Below, piece by piece: positions 63,736-64,000 of a DNA stretch of 64,000 bases; the stretch's first letter is position 1; each line of letters opens with the position of its first letter. The stretch lies in the NCBI GenBank assembly GCA_973895155.1, contig OZ316891.1:7929808-7993807 (forward strand), read 5' to 3'. The position numbers were made by a program, and so were the translations under genes. The notes beneath the pieces were generated by a model, which was not told the origin of the DNA, did no database searches, and saw only the letters and a list, made by a program, of their open reading frames with translations. This DNA is from Marsupella aquatica (Eukaryota > Plantae > Marchantiophyta).

Positions 63736-64000
63736 GTACAACGATAAATTTATAATTGTCTAATATTGTACATGTCCACGTCTACAGTAATCAGACATCG
63801 TACCTGAACGTGATTAAGTTAAATGGCACCGAGAGTCGTCACTTTATGACATTGTGACGACACCTACAGTAGTCAGAAGTCGTGCCTGCTACCGGCAAGC
63901 TCAAACCAGAACCTGCTAACAATACTTCTGTCAAGCAGATGTCACCCTTGCCGTTCCATGCTACTGTTTCGGTTTACTCAAGGACGTGCAGGTAATATAG

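Overview
Eukaryotic land-plant genomic DNA with spliceosomal introns. It is most likely a bryophyte (liverwort-like), inferred from the gene content, including a sperm-flagellum ODF3/SHIPPO gene. Left to right: (1) an intronless ankyrin-repeat + C-terminal PGG transmembrane locus (ACD6-like) built from three tandem modules and split by an apparent 4-nt frameshift; (2) a 1.6-kb non-autonomous Helitron filled with an 18-19-bp minisatellite; (3) an ABCG half-transporter of the ABCG1/2/6/16/20 clade; (4) AP-5 complex subunit beta; (5) a multi-exon ODF3/SHIPPO (STPGR) flagellar protein gene; (6) a possible decayed PPR pseudogene; (7) plastid Iojap/RsfS; (8) a repeat-rich AT-rich intergenic block containing a TSD-flanked retro-insertion; (9) a B3-domain gene with a GC-AG first coding intron; (10) a decayed Helitron-type Pif1 helicase element with unidentified co-oriented ORFs; (11) the first exon of an XTH gene. 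No rRNA, tRNA or CRISPR was seen. All family calls come from motif recognition by eye; no database search was run.
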